NCBI GenBank assembly: GCA_963729625.1
Contig: CAVSOU010000020.1
Span: 1 to 52,080 of the forward strand
Direction of reading: 5' to 3'
Source of the DNA: an uncultured bacterium
GTDB taxonomy: Bacteria > Chloroflexota > UBA5177 > JANWHV01
DNA length: 52,080 bases
The translations under genes and the position numbers were made by a program. The notes under the pieces are model-generated. The model was not told where the DNA came from. It worked only from the letters and a program-made list of their open reading frames with translations, and searched no databases. Of this stretch, positions 18,201 through 26,948 are shown in pieces (position 1 is the first letter of the stretch; each line of letters opens with the position of its first letter).

Positions 18201-19196
18201 GTGCTGAGCCGCCGTCTCGAACTGTCCGAGGTTGCATAGAATTCCTCCACTAAACATGTAGCAATCATGTATTTTAGGCGCGTTCTGCTCTGGGTCGAAC
18301 AGCGAGAGGGCTCGCCTACAGCAACGCAAGGCCAGTCGTGGTCGGTCCAGGCTTGCGAGCGTCTCAGCGGCTCGATAGAGGGACTCCGCAGCGTCGTTCC
18401 ATGCCTGGCGGCGTTGGAATAGTCTGGCAGCCCAGTAAAGACGGAGGATTCCCAGACGATGAGCATGCACCGGATATCCCGGGATAGTCAGCAGGTGACC
18501 TATCTCGTAGTCGCATTGTGCCGCAGCAAGCGGTTGTTGGGAGCTGAGATAGATGCTATGTGCCCGCATACAACGAAAGACGGCCTGCTGCCAGAGGTGC
18601 TGTCTGATTAGTAGAGCCCCTGCCAGTTGATGACAGTACGCAGCCTCGAGAAGCAACTGCTGATCCGCGAACAACCGGCGCGCCGTGTCGAGTCGGCGAA
18701 GAGCGGCCGGGAGATTCTCGAGGTTGAAAAGCAGGCCGGCGGCATGCCGATGGCACCAGGCGACACTCGCCAATTCATCCTGGCCACAACGATGGAGCAT
18801 GTGGCGAGCGCGATTGTACAGGCCAAGCCCGGATCTGTGGTTCCCCTGGAGTTTTTGCGCCTGTGCCATCTGGAAGGTGCAGTGCGCTACGTCGCGTTGG
18901 CACACGACGCCTCGACGCCCAAGGTCTCTGAAGGCGTTGCGCGCTAGTTCGAGCCGCGCATAGGCCTCCTCCGGTTGATTGCAGTTGAGGAGTGCTCGGC
19001 CAGCATAGAAATCCACCGTGGGGCTGCTCCCCCCATCCAAAGCGAGCGCAGCCTTTGCCGCATCGAGCAACCCAAGCGCACGTGTAGGCTCTTCCTCCAA
19101 CAGGCCGGAGGCTTCGCGGCAGAGTTCTGCCAGCCCGTTCTCCTTCCGGAGGAGGGCCGCCAGTGCCCCTAAGTCAACTTCGTGGGACGTAGCCAT
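15267..19196 (-). CDS. TPR-CHAT caspase-like protease, paralog 2
   Basis: long TPR-like array, then CHAT motifs LLVIAGHS, VVILHGCRT, GLVQACLLAGATAVIA, WAPWVYYG; ATG 1 nt after the upstream stop. Confidence 0.9.
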   Translation of the reverse strand: MATSHEVDLGALAALLRKENGLAELCREASGLLEEEPTRALGLLDAAKAALALDGGSSPTVDFYAGRALLNCNQPEEAYARLELARNAFRDLGRRGVVCQRDVAHCTFQMAQAQKLQGNHRSGLGLYNRARHMLHRCGQDELASVAWCHRHAAGLLFNLENLPAALRRLDTARRLFADQQLLLEAAYCHQLAGALLIRQHLWQQAVFRCMRAHSIYLSSQQPLAAAQCDYEIGHLLTIPGYPVHAHRLGILRLYWAARLFQRRQAWNDAAESLYRAAETLASLDRPRLALRCCRRALSLFDPEQNAPKIHDCYMFSGGILCNLGQFETAAQHCMQAATFFAIHGPKENEARTRDNLARSLWYLNRYREASREAKRARELWKELGLEYQAADCERIAGMCLIDMGLLEEAVRRLARAHDELERLQQPDDMVSCTYHLARAMIGLKQFDHALRYCVEALPILAQHRPSLVYDCKVLMATALARQGQRGRALQLITELRQEAESTGDRGNVARCALAAGTIFVTNGDPLAALEHFSVACDILEQDEMSERLAICHFDMGAAYAELEQWPDALYHYRQSIEDHSILEHEQRAAEAALAAASVCERPEVLNWRDYLFYRRQAAVLQRRWQYRWGLAPPSLSAKAQRYALRACWRYAEADAERAYVLGQVAKGATFADLFVGVQQIDLLRYLTREETDQLAQLRGRWVAQWAALQDLGEEDVERKEALRALYATEDAQAQLWAAVGAREIAVLSLAGSFLDRAVRQLAADGRQSCPLQGAALPAGVAMADVCEALAGDKAVLLEVVETPLGLVAFLLGPRGLLAPPRRFACTADTTLKTETVVSRLGRWWRGLPRWAGRTPSLPPNKDHLLAAARHATRLVEDARLSLPWVTEGRKSPTHARSVRHPARDEGIPVALNGLWESLAGPAWTKQIRRQGIRRMYLSLDTSLLEAPVAAAAYASGVGGTDLTIAHLPQGALLPRLGQRCATPSSYNTQSSTAPVSDTSHVTEALASPMHPNALAFVAYGNVVTVGDSWPELPSWHLWADPAPLTEVAALVGSQRLRGVCPGAVAHVRIDREASLDQVQELAAQVRLLVIAGHSVQNDEEPHRTGIMLADGPLTVTDVLRCVLPGTVVILHGCRTAGAALGTSTTRQGSAADGRLNDEAQGLHGLVQACLLAGATAVIATTALVDDLLAALLLDTLYGKLADAFDMPVAESMRRTQLELSQMSWAAVPRALEAWKQALRDSRQATEGDESNKDRLLPFLTAWEIATRDLCRATLTPSVVGAAAWAPWVYYGPLGTTLLGSTVGTAEVSV

Positions 19197-19197
19197 C

Positions 19198-22100
19198 TCA
19201 GCCTGACACTTTCTCCGGGGCGACATTCGACTGTGAGAGAGTCACGTCGAAAGGGCCGTAGTAGATCCAGGCCGACGACGCTGTCATGCCCGGCACGGCC
19301 GACGCCAGTGCCGCATGGTCGAAGCTACGTATCTTCGCCTCATTCGATTCCAGAGCCTTCACCAGCGGATCCTCCCCACCCTCCTTCTCGATCACGCGAC
19401 CGCTGCTTTTCACGATCTGCTTCCATCCAGCCAAGGTGTCTAGGACTGCCAACCAGCTCATATGGCTGACGTGAAGCTGGGTCGAGCGCAGGGACAGCGC
19501 TACCGGCTGATCGCCTGCTTCCGCCAATGTTCCACACAGCCTGTCCAACAGGAGCGCCGAGTGCAGGTCATCGACCCGTGCCGTGCTGGCGATTACGGCG
19601 GTAGCTCCGGCCAGTAGGCACGCCTGGACCAGTCCCTGCAGCCCGGGTGCTGCGACAGACAGGCTCCGGTCTGTCCGGGCCACTTGCCGCGGAGCGGCCG
19701 TACCCGGTGCCGCGAAAGAGGTCCGGCAGCCATGCAGAATGACGATGGTACCGGGTAGGACGCAGCGCAGCATGTCGCTTGCGGTGAGCGGACCATCTGC
19801 CAGCAGTATGTTGGTGCGAAGCGGCTGTTGATCATCCGGGTGACCATGCCCGGCGATTACGAGCAGTCGGGACGAGGAGGCCAGGCACTGCACCTGGTCC
19901 ACAAGGGCTTCCTTCCCCACACGCGTCCGCACCCCGCCGGCGGGCAGCGCCTGTCCCAAGCGCCGGCTTCCGGCAATGGCCGCCACCTCCGTGAGCGGCA
20001 CCGCGGGTTCCCACAGCTGCCAGGATTCCAGATCGGCTGACGATGTTGAGTCGGCAAAGACATTGCCATTCGCCACGAAGGCGAGCACATCGGCACGCGA
20101 GGTACCGGCCATCGATTCGGTTGCCTGATTCCCATCGTGGTTTGCAGACGCCGGCGCGCGTGTGCCGGAGCCCGCCGCTTCGGAGCGACGAGCCAGCAGC
20201 CTGGGTAAGAGCGCGCCCTGCGGAAGATGAGCGATAACGAGATCTGCGCCACCGATTCCGCTTGCATAGGCCGCGGCTGCAATCGGTGCCTGGAGCAGTC
20301 CAGCGTCCATGCTGAGGTAGAGCTTGCGAATGCCGCGGCGCCGCAACAAACTCGTCCAGGCGCGACCGGCCAGGCACTCCCACAGCGCGGCCAGCGGTGC
20401 ATCGAGGTCGTCGCCTCGGCCGGGTTGCTGAGCAGCGCCTGCACACGCGGCCTCCTCGCTTCTCACGGCTACCCAGGGCAAGTTGAGACGAGCATCCTCT
20501 ACCAGCTTCGCAGCAGCCACCGCGGCAGCGAGGAGTTGATCGAGATCACCCGTTGGCTGTGTGCGTCGCGCCATCCGTCCAAGCTTGCCCCACAGCCGGC
20601 CGCGTGCGGTAGCATGTTGCTCACCCGCCCAGTCTATGTCGCCGGCATGGGCGAAGCGGCGCGGCGGCGCCAACAGCCCATGCGGCCCCACCAGGAAGAC
20701 GACCATCCCTAGTGGCGTCTTGACCAATTCCAGCAGTGCCTCGTCGTCGGCTAGCGCTTCGGATACGCTCGTGACGGCAAAGCTCGCCAGCAGCCCTGCG
20801 GTTCGCGGAGTATGCGCCCTGCCACCGGCGGCCGCGAGCCGGCGTATCGTATCGTCGAGGAAGCTCCCGGCCAGAGAACACAGCGAAAGCTCACGTGCGC
20901 CGGCCGCCCGCCAGATCCGGTCCTGCACGACCTCAGTGCCATCCATAGCGGCGAGGAGGGTCGTGCGGTCAGGGTCATCAGTGGCTAGCTCCTGCAGTGC
21001 AGTCCACTGCGCTACCCATTGATTGCGCAACGTCTGAAGCTGACCTCTCTCGTCGGCGGTCAGGTAGCGCCGCAGATCGAGATGCTGAGCACCTCCGAAG
21101 AGGTCGGCCAAGGCGGCGGCCTTGGCTACCTGGCCCAACGCGTATGCGCGCTCAGGACCCGGATCGGCCGAGCGCCAGCACGCACGCAGGGCGCCAAGCT
21201 GAGTGCTGGTACCCAGGGGCGGAGGGGCGAGTCCCCAGCGATGTTGCCAGCGTCGATGCAGGATCCCGGCCTGCTGCCTGTAGTAGAGCGCGCGTCGTCG
21301 ATCACTCACGCTGGGATGCTCCGCCACGCGTGTTGCGATTTCTGCGGCCTCCGCAGCCTCATTCTCGCGTTCAAGGCTGATCCATCCCTCCATGGCTTGA
21401 TGCAAATGGCTCAGGGCGAGTGGCCAGTCTGGCAATTCGCTGTACGCCCTTCCCATCGTTTGGTGACAGGAGGGCAGACTCCCGAGGTCTGCGGTTCGCT
21501 CATAGAACTGAAATGCCGCACGAAGATGCTCAAGGGCTGCGCGCGGATCTCCCCCAGCAAGCAGGATTACTCCGGCGGCTTGGTTACAGGCAGCGATATG
21601 CTTGAGATCGCCTGTTTGCTCGACCTGTCGTCGAAGTTCCGCCAACAACTGCAGCGCGCGACCGCGCTGGCCCCTGTTAGCGAGCGTCATTGCGAATTCG
21701 AATTTGCACTCGTGAACACGCTGGGGCATATGTTCGGCCAGGACGGGAAGCGCGGTCTGATAACAATGGAGTGCCGAATCCAGATGCCCAAGGGCCGCTA
21801 ACGCCGTCCCCAGACGGTAGGCGCATTCCGCCGCACAGCCAAATTGCTCCAACTGCTCCAGTTGGCGCTTGGCCTCGGCCAGGCGCGGTACAGCCTCCTG
21901 CGGACGGCCCATTTCGATGAGGCAGACACTGGCGACGCGCGCACAATCGGCCGCTTGGTGTTCGTCCTCCAACTCATGCCACAACTCGCGCGCCCGTTCG
22001 GCTTGCGGCAGGGCGGCTCTATGCCGCGTGAGCTGTGCCAGGCTGACGGCAAGGTCCCTGCGTGTCCGCGCCTCGCTCACTTTCGGACCATGGAGTTGGA

Positions 22101-23211
22101 AGAAGGTACACGCACGGTCCAAGTGTGGCATGGCCATCTCGTACTGCCTCAATCCGAACAGGACCTCGCCGATATTTCTGTGGCATTCGTGGGCTTTCGG
22201 CAGGTCGTTCTCTCGCTCGAACAGTGCGAGCGCCCGCCTGAAACAGCGTATCGCCAGACGCGGGCGCTTTAGAGTCAACAGCGCCTCGGCAGCTGCATAG
22301 GCGGTCTCCGCCGCACTGTGCCATGCCTGACAACCTTGGAAGACCCTGACGGCTCGATAGAGATAGGCCATGCCTGTGCGAACATAGCCTGGACGGCCGC
22401 TGCGTGTCAGGGTATCTCCGATCTCAGCGTCGCATTGGGCGGCAAGTTGCAGTTCCAAAGACCTGACATAGGTGGCACGAGCACGCTCATACCGATAGAC
22501 AGCCTGCGAGTAGTGGTGCTGTGCGCCCAACACCTGACCCGCCAGCCGTTGGCAGGCGGCAACGTCGCGCTCTTGTTGCAGACGCGCGAATATGCTTTGT
22601 GCCGCGTCAAAGCGATGCAGTGCCGCAGGAAGGTCATCAAGCTGGATCAGCAGAACGCCAGTGTGATGATGGCACCATGCAACGTTGCTCACCTCATTCT
22701 CGCAGTGCGCAAGCATGTGGCGTGCACGATTGTAGAGGCCAAGAGCAGCTCGGTAATGTCGCTGGCATGCCTGCGCTCGTGCCATATGGAAGGTGCAGAA
22801 AGCCACGCCGCGTCTGGCCTCCAGACTACGGGATGACGGAATTGCCTTGTACCCGAGACGACCTTCGGCAAGCAGCTCATATGCGTCGGCCGGGCGATCA
22901 CAGGCGAGAAGCGCAAGTCCTTCATCGAGATCCACTTCGGGGCATCCACACCCATCCAGCGCCAGCGCCGCCCGCGCCGCGTCTAGCAGCTCAAGCGCGC
23001 TTTCAGGCTCTTTTTCCAGCATGCTGTGAGCGTTGTTCAGCAGATCCGCCAACACGGTTTTGTCTCGGAGGAGCGCCGCCAGTGCCTCTAGGTCAACGTC
23101 ACTGGATATGTCCTGCGGCTCAGGGTTGGCGGGGCAGTCGGGCGCGAGTTGCCCTGACACGCCGTCATCGCCTCGACCAGCGAGCGTTCCGCCCATAATC
23201 CCCATCTCCAT
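19198..23211 (-). CDS. TPR-CHAT caspase-like protease, paralog 1 (start could be GTG 23274)
   Basis: same architecture; LLVIAGHG, IVILHGCRT, GLVQACLLAGATAVIAS, AWIYYG. Confidence 0.9.
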   Translation of the reverse strand: MEMGIMGGTLAGRGDDGVSGQLAPDCPANPEPQDISSDVDLEALAALLRDKTVLADLLNNAHSMLEKEPESALELLDAARAALALDGCGCPEVDLDEGLALLACDRPADAYELLAEGRLGYKAIPSSRSLEARRGVAFCTFHMARAQACQRHYRAALGLYNRARHMLAHCENEVSNVAWCHHHTGVLLIQLDDLPAALHRFDAAQSIFARLQQERDVAACQRLAGQVLGAQHHYSQAVYRYERARATYVRSLELQLAAQCDAEIGDTLTRSGRPGYVRTGMAYLYRAVRVFQGCQAWHSAAETAYAAAEALLTLKRPRLAIRCFRRALALFERENDLPKAHECHRNIGEVLFGLRQYEMAMPHLDRACTFFQLHGPKVSEARTRRDLAVSLAQLTRHRAALPQAERARELWHELEDEHQAADCARVASVCLIEMGRPQEAVPRLAEAKRQLEQLEQFGCAAECAYRLGTALAALGHLDSALHCYQTALPVLAEHMPQRVHECKFEFAMTLANRGQRGRALQLLAELRRQVEQTGDLKHIAACNQAAGVILLAGGDPRAALEHLRAAFQFYERTADLGSLPSCHQTMGRAYSELPDWPLALSHLHQAMEGWISLERENEAAEAAEIATRVAEHPSVSDRRRALYYRQQAGILHRRWQHRWGLAPPPLGTSTQLGALRACWRSADPGPERAYALGQVAKAAALADLFGGAQHLDLRRYLTADERGQLQTLRNQWVAQWTALQELATDDPDRTTLLAAMDGTEVVQDRIWRAAGARELSLCSLAGSFLDDTIRRLAAAGGRAHTPRTAGLLASFAVTSVSEALADDEALLELVKTPLGMVVFLVGPHGLLAPPRRFAHAGDIDWAGEQHATARGRLWGKLGRMARRTQPTGDLDQLLAAAVAAAKLVEDARLNLPWVAVRSEEAACAGAAQQPGRGDDLDAPLAALWECLAGRAWTSLLRRRGIRKLYLSMDAGLLQAPIAAAAYASGIGGADLVIAHLPQGALLPRLLARRSEAAGSGTRAPASANHDGNQATESMAGTSRADVLAFVANGNVFADSTSSADLESWQLWEPAVPLTEVAAIAGSRRLGQALPAGGVRTRVGKEALVDQVQCLASSSRLLVIAGHGHPDDQQPLRTNILLADGPLTASDMLRCVLPGTIVILHGCRTSFAAPGTAAPRQVARTDRSLSVAAPGLQGLVQACLLAGATAVIASTARVDDLHSALLLDRLCGTLAEAGDQPVALSLRSTQLHVSHMSWLAVLDTLAGWKQIVKSSGRVIEKEGGEDPLVKALESNEAKIRSFDHAALASAVPGMTASSAWIYYGPFDVTLSQSNVAPEKVSG

Positions 23212-23290
23212 GGTGTTGTACTCCAGTCGCTGCTTGCAGCCGTCAACCGCCCGGAGTCCCACGGCCCTTGTCACGGCAGCATGACCTGCC

Positions 23291-24955
23291 TCAGCCGCCC
23301 TCTTCGATCCGGTAGGCCAGATTGAGCTTCAGCAGCTGCCCTCGGTTCAGGCCATCGTCGATGGACCACACGCCGCTTTCCTCGCGCGTGTTGAGCGGTC
23401 TCTCTTCCTGTGCGATACGGAGCGTTGCAGTCAGCTCCCAGGGGCGAGTGAAGCCTTGCGCGGAACCCAAGTCGATGAGTCTGGCTTCGACGTGATAGCG
23501 CTTGTTGGCGTCGGGCGTGGCGGTCACGCGCAGCGTCACGCCGTGAGCCCGATCAGGCACCTGCACCTCCTTGACCGTGGGCTCCTCGCCCAATGCTGTA
23601 CCAATGGCCAGGCTTGGCTGCTGGTGCGCCTGCTTGAGAGCATCGCCGAAGTGCACCTGCACCCATTCCCCCGACCGCTGGAGCGCTGCCAGCAACCCGC
23701 CCTTCGCGGTCGCTGCTGTCGATGGGCCGAGCGTGGGCTTGGGAGTAGGCTCGACTGCGCCAAACCTGCCCCAAACTCGGCTGTCCCGCGTCAACCCCTC
23801 TATGCCGCCGGCGCGAAGCACCGATCGGGCTTCAGCTGCGTCAACAACCGGCTGCCCCCTCACCAGTGTCTGGACTTGTGGGTGAAGGCTGAAAACGGCC
23901 TCAGGACCGCTCTTCGTGATTTCCGGCAACGACTGAAGCCTGAACAGGTCCCCAACGTTCGCGTCAACCGGCACCAGAAGCCCTATCCTAGCAAGAAGAT
24001 CTGCCCCATGACCGGCTTCGAGGCGTTCATTGGGCACGCGCCAGATAGTGGAAGGAGGTCGAAGCTGAACCAGCGCAGTGAGCAGTTGACGTTCTTCGGT
24101 GCGCAGGCGGTCAAAGACCCATTTGTACAGCAAGTCCAGCACACCACGGCCTCGAGATGCGATAGTATCGCCATCTCCGATTATCCCCCAGTGGCCTTCC
24201 TCATCCTGCCCTGCCACGCCGAGATGCGCGAGGAGATCCTGCATGCTGGCAGCCACCGTAGCAGCGTTTCCCTCTGGCGCAGCGCCGACGGCAAGCCTGA
24301 TCGCCATCGGTAGACCGGAGGTAGCGTGACAAACATGCGCGAGCCACCACCCGAGCTCGGACGTGAATTCAAGATCAGCCGTGCGTCGGCGCAGCAAACC
24401 AAGCGCACACTGGATTGAGGCGTTGGTGGCCAGACAGTAGATCATGGGGAACGGGTCTAGGTTGGGTACCTCCAATGGCGCGATTTCGCGGGCGGGAATA
24501 CCGAGCGTCTTTGGCGGTTCCCTGCTTGTGACAATGACGACCAGTGACGGATAGCGTTCGACAAGCCCCTTGCACAGACTCCCGTAATCAAATCTCGGGA
24601 GATCACAGCCATCCGCAACAAGGAGCACGGGCTCCTGCCGCTGGAGCAGCTCACGTGCGGCTTGCCATTGCAGGTTGGTTGCCGGTGCAGTTTGCGGTGC
24701 GAGCACGATACGCTCGAATTGCTGCATCTGGGAGATGTCGAGAAGTGCGCAGGGTATGCGCCAAATCCGGAAAGAGAAGCGGCGAGCTAGCTCGCCAGTC
24801 ACCTGCCGAGCAACATGACTCTTGCCCACGCCACGGTTCCCCCACAGCCAGAGCAGGCGGCTGAGCGGGGGCGAGTCCGAACCCGGTTGCCCTGCGAATG
24901 CATAGACGGGCCGGGTATTCTTTCCTGCCGTTGCGTCAGCGTCTCTAATCGCCAT
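23291..24955 (-). CDS. STAND / NB-ARC-like ATPase with non-TPR C-terminal domain
   Basis: Walker A GNRGVGKS, Walker B LLVADGCD, sensor VTSRE, GLPMAIRL, winged-helix-like region ending LHPQV. Confidence 0.85.
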   Translation of the reverse strand: MAIRDADATAGKNTRPVYAFAGQPGSDSPPLSRLLWLWGNRGVGKSHVARQVTGELARRFSFRIWRIPCALLDISQMQQFERIVLAPQTAPATNLQWQAARELLQRQEPVLLVADGCDLPRFDYGSLCKGLVERYPSLVVIVTSREPPKTLGIPAREIAPLEVPNLDPFPMIYCLATNASIQCALGLLRRRTADLEFTSELGWWLAHVCHATSGLPMAIRLAVGAAPEGNAATVAASMQDLLAHLGVAGQDEEGHWGIIGDGDTIASRGRGVLDLLYKWVFDRLRTEERQLLTALVQLRPPSTIWRVPNERLEAGHGADLLARIGLLVPVDANVGDLFRLQSLPEITKSGPEAVFSLHPQVQTLVRGQPVVDAAEARSVLRAGGIEGLTRDSRVWGRFGAVEPTPKPTLGPSTAATAKGGLLAALQRSGEWVQVHFGDALKQAHQQPSLAIGTALGEEPTVKEVQVPDRAHGVTLRVTATPDANKRYHVEARLIDLGSAQGFTRPWELTATLRIAQEERPLNTREESGVWSIDDGLNRGQLLKLNLAYRIEEGG

Positions 24956-25988
24956 CGGTCAACTCCGCCAACCTCGCCACGGAAGGACCTGCCTTTTGCA
25001 ACAGCTTCTTAAGGATGCGCTCTGCCTGTTCCCCGCCAGCTGATGACCTATACTCTTTCTCGGCCCAACCGAACCAGGTGACAACCGGAGTGACGGCTTC
25101 GACAACGTCATGGGGTACGTAGAGCTCTCCCATCACCTGCTTGTAGGTTCGAGCAAGAGGGGGGAAGACATCGAAGTTCCCCGTATTCAGTTGTGACTCG
25201 ACGTACTGATCATATTCTTCCTTCGCTCTCTCGAGTTGCTGGTTGATGCCGTAGTACGTTATGAGACACTGAAGAGCAGCCGTATCCTCGGGATCCGCAT
25301 GTATCACTCCTAGGAGATAGGATTCCAATTGTCCGTCTGCCCCGCGTTGTCCGCCTGGATCTTGCGCCGCCGTCGCCAGAAGAAGCTTCCGCCACTCCTT
25401 CTTGAGTAGCGTCTGACGAGCTGCAATCGTCCCGACATAACTACCGTCGGGAAGATACTCCTGTTGCCAACCCAGCGCGAGCGCGGCATAGCAAGCAGTC
25501 GGATCGCTTCCGGCCTTGTTCAGTTGTCTGACATACTTCCACACGTCCAGCCATTCTCCCTCCTGGAAACTGTCATCCATAGAGGGTTCGTGCACCTCGG
25601 TTGCTCTCTTGGCGCAGCCTGGCACACAGAACATGATGATGTCCTGGCAGTAGTGGACGTACCGATAGCCACCGTCGCCAACCAGATGCCTATTGGCCAA
25701 CTCATACAACGCCTCACGCTTCGCATGAGGGAAGTCGACTGAAGAGTTCGGTGCATGGCGTTGAGCTGAGGGCGGTCTCTTTGTTACCTCACGTATCGAC
25801 TGGATTACTTCCTGCCTGTCGACACGCGGATCGAGCCGACAGGGGTCGAGCGTGAGTCGGCTAACGGCGACCATGAGCAATTCTTTAAGTGCCCAAGCCC
25901 TGCCAAAGTCTACCCGTCGTGGTCCTTCGGCATCGTCAAGCGTTACCACGAACTTGCCAAGCGTTCTCACAGTCAAGCCAGGATGCAT
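24945..25988 (-). CDS. divergent SARP/AfsR-type regulator (OmpR-like HTH + BTAD)
   Basis: LTVRTLGKFVV start, WLDV, AALAL...EYLPD, DPEDTAALQCLITYY...A...Y; GAGGGGAG RBS. Confidence 0.7.
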   Translation of the reverse strand: MHPGLTVRTLGKFVVTLDDAEGPRRVDFGRAWALKELLMVAVSRLTLDPCRLDPRVDRQEVIQSIREVTKRPPSAQRHAPNSSVDFPHAKREALYELANRHLVGDGGYRYVHYCQDIIMFCVPGCAKRATEVHEPSMDDSFQEGEWLDVWKYVRQLNKAGSDPTACYAALALGWQQEYLPDGSYVGTIAARQTLLKKEWRKLLLATAAQDPGGQRGADGQLESYLLGVIHADPEDTAALQCLITYYGINQQLERAKEEYDQYVESQLNTGNFDVFPPLARTYKQVMGELYVPHDVVEAVTPVVTWFGWAEKEYRSSAGGEQAERILKKLLQKAGPSVARLAELTDGD

Positions 25989-26217
25989 GCTTTCTCAACT
26001 CCCCTCGGTTCCGTAGCCGAGACCCTTTCTGCGGCAGCCTGAAAAGCTTTAGGCCCACTCGCTAGGAGCATACGGCCGGCAATACGGCTTGTCGAAGGGC
26101 CTGGCAACCCGGCCCTATGCCCTTCTGTTTCCGTACCTGGGGCGTGCTTGCCTGCGCCTGGAGACGCTGGCCTCCGGCTGTCGCCCAGGCGATCAGCTCC
26201 TAGTATGCCGAACTTCC

Positions 26218-26259
26218 CGTCAGTACTGACGCTGGGCGGTGTCAGTGTATATACTGACG
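26218..26259. promoter_or_regulatory. tandem GTCAGT/ACTGAC inverted repeats in the divergent intergenic region
   Basis: perfect palindrome CGTCAGTACTGACG (26218-26231) and GTCAGT-N6-ACTGAC (26241-26258). Confidence 0.55.
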
Positions 26260-26607
26260 CCCCCTTCTCTATGACCCTGACGGACTACCGCCTAGAGTAG
26301 GGAACAGCTCGAGTGACCAAACGCCCCGGGAATGAAGCGAATCGCCAGAGCATCACGCCAGCGCCTCGGGACGCCCCTAGACGCCAATCGACACGAAAGG
26401 AGGGACCTGTCTAAACGTTGACGCCGTAGCGCCCCAGTCCCGCTCGCTCCAGCTCATCCGCCCCGAATCCCCCCAAAACGCGCCAGCCGCGGCGGGCAGC
26501 CCCGTCAACTTCCCTCCGACGGACTGTCTTTCGCCCCAACCCACCCGTCACGGCCGGCGCTCTCCCCTCGGCGGCCCCCGCCGAGCCAGTCACCAAGGAG
26601 TGTCGTC

Positions 26608-26856
26608 ATGCCTCGATTTTGCTCACCCACCCTCGCCCCAGCCCCAGTCCTTATTCCGCGCTGCGGTTGTGGCAAGGCTGCCACGCACGGGTGCCGACAG
26701 TGCCGCCGGGCCGGCTGCCCCGAGTGCCTGCAGGGCGGCATGTGCAGCCTGTGCCGCGTCCTCCAGGCCCAGGAGGCCGCTCGCGTCTGGGCGGCCGTCG
26801 TGCAGCGTGAGGCCTGCCAGGCCGTCTGTCTCCGTCCCCGTTCCCAGCACTGGTAA
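26608..26856 (+). CDS. small Cys-rich (B-box-like) zinc-finger protein
   Basis: CGC..CRQC..CPEC..CSLC; AAGGAG RBS. Confidence 0.65.
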   Translation: MPRFCSPTLAPAPVLIPRCGCGKAATHGCRQCRRAGCPECLQGGMCSLCRVLQAQEAARVWAAVVQREACQAVCLRPRSQHW

Positions 26857-26948
26857 CACCAGCCAGCCCTCGGTCCCGCTCATCTTCCCACGCTCATCGG
26901 GATGCGCCTTCCCCCCTGCCGGAGGGTCCGCCCAGAAAGGTCACCGCC

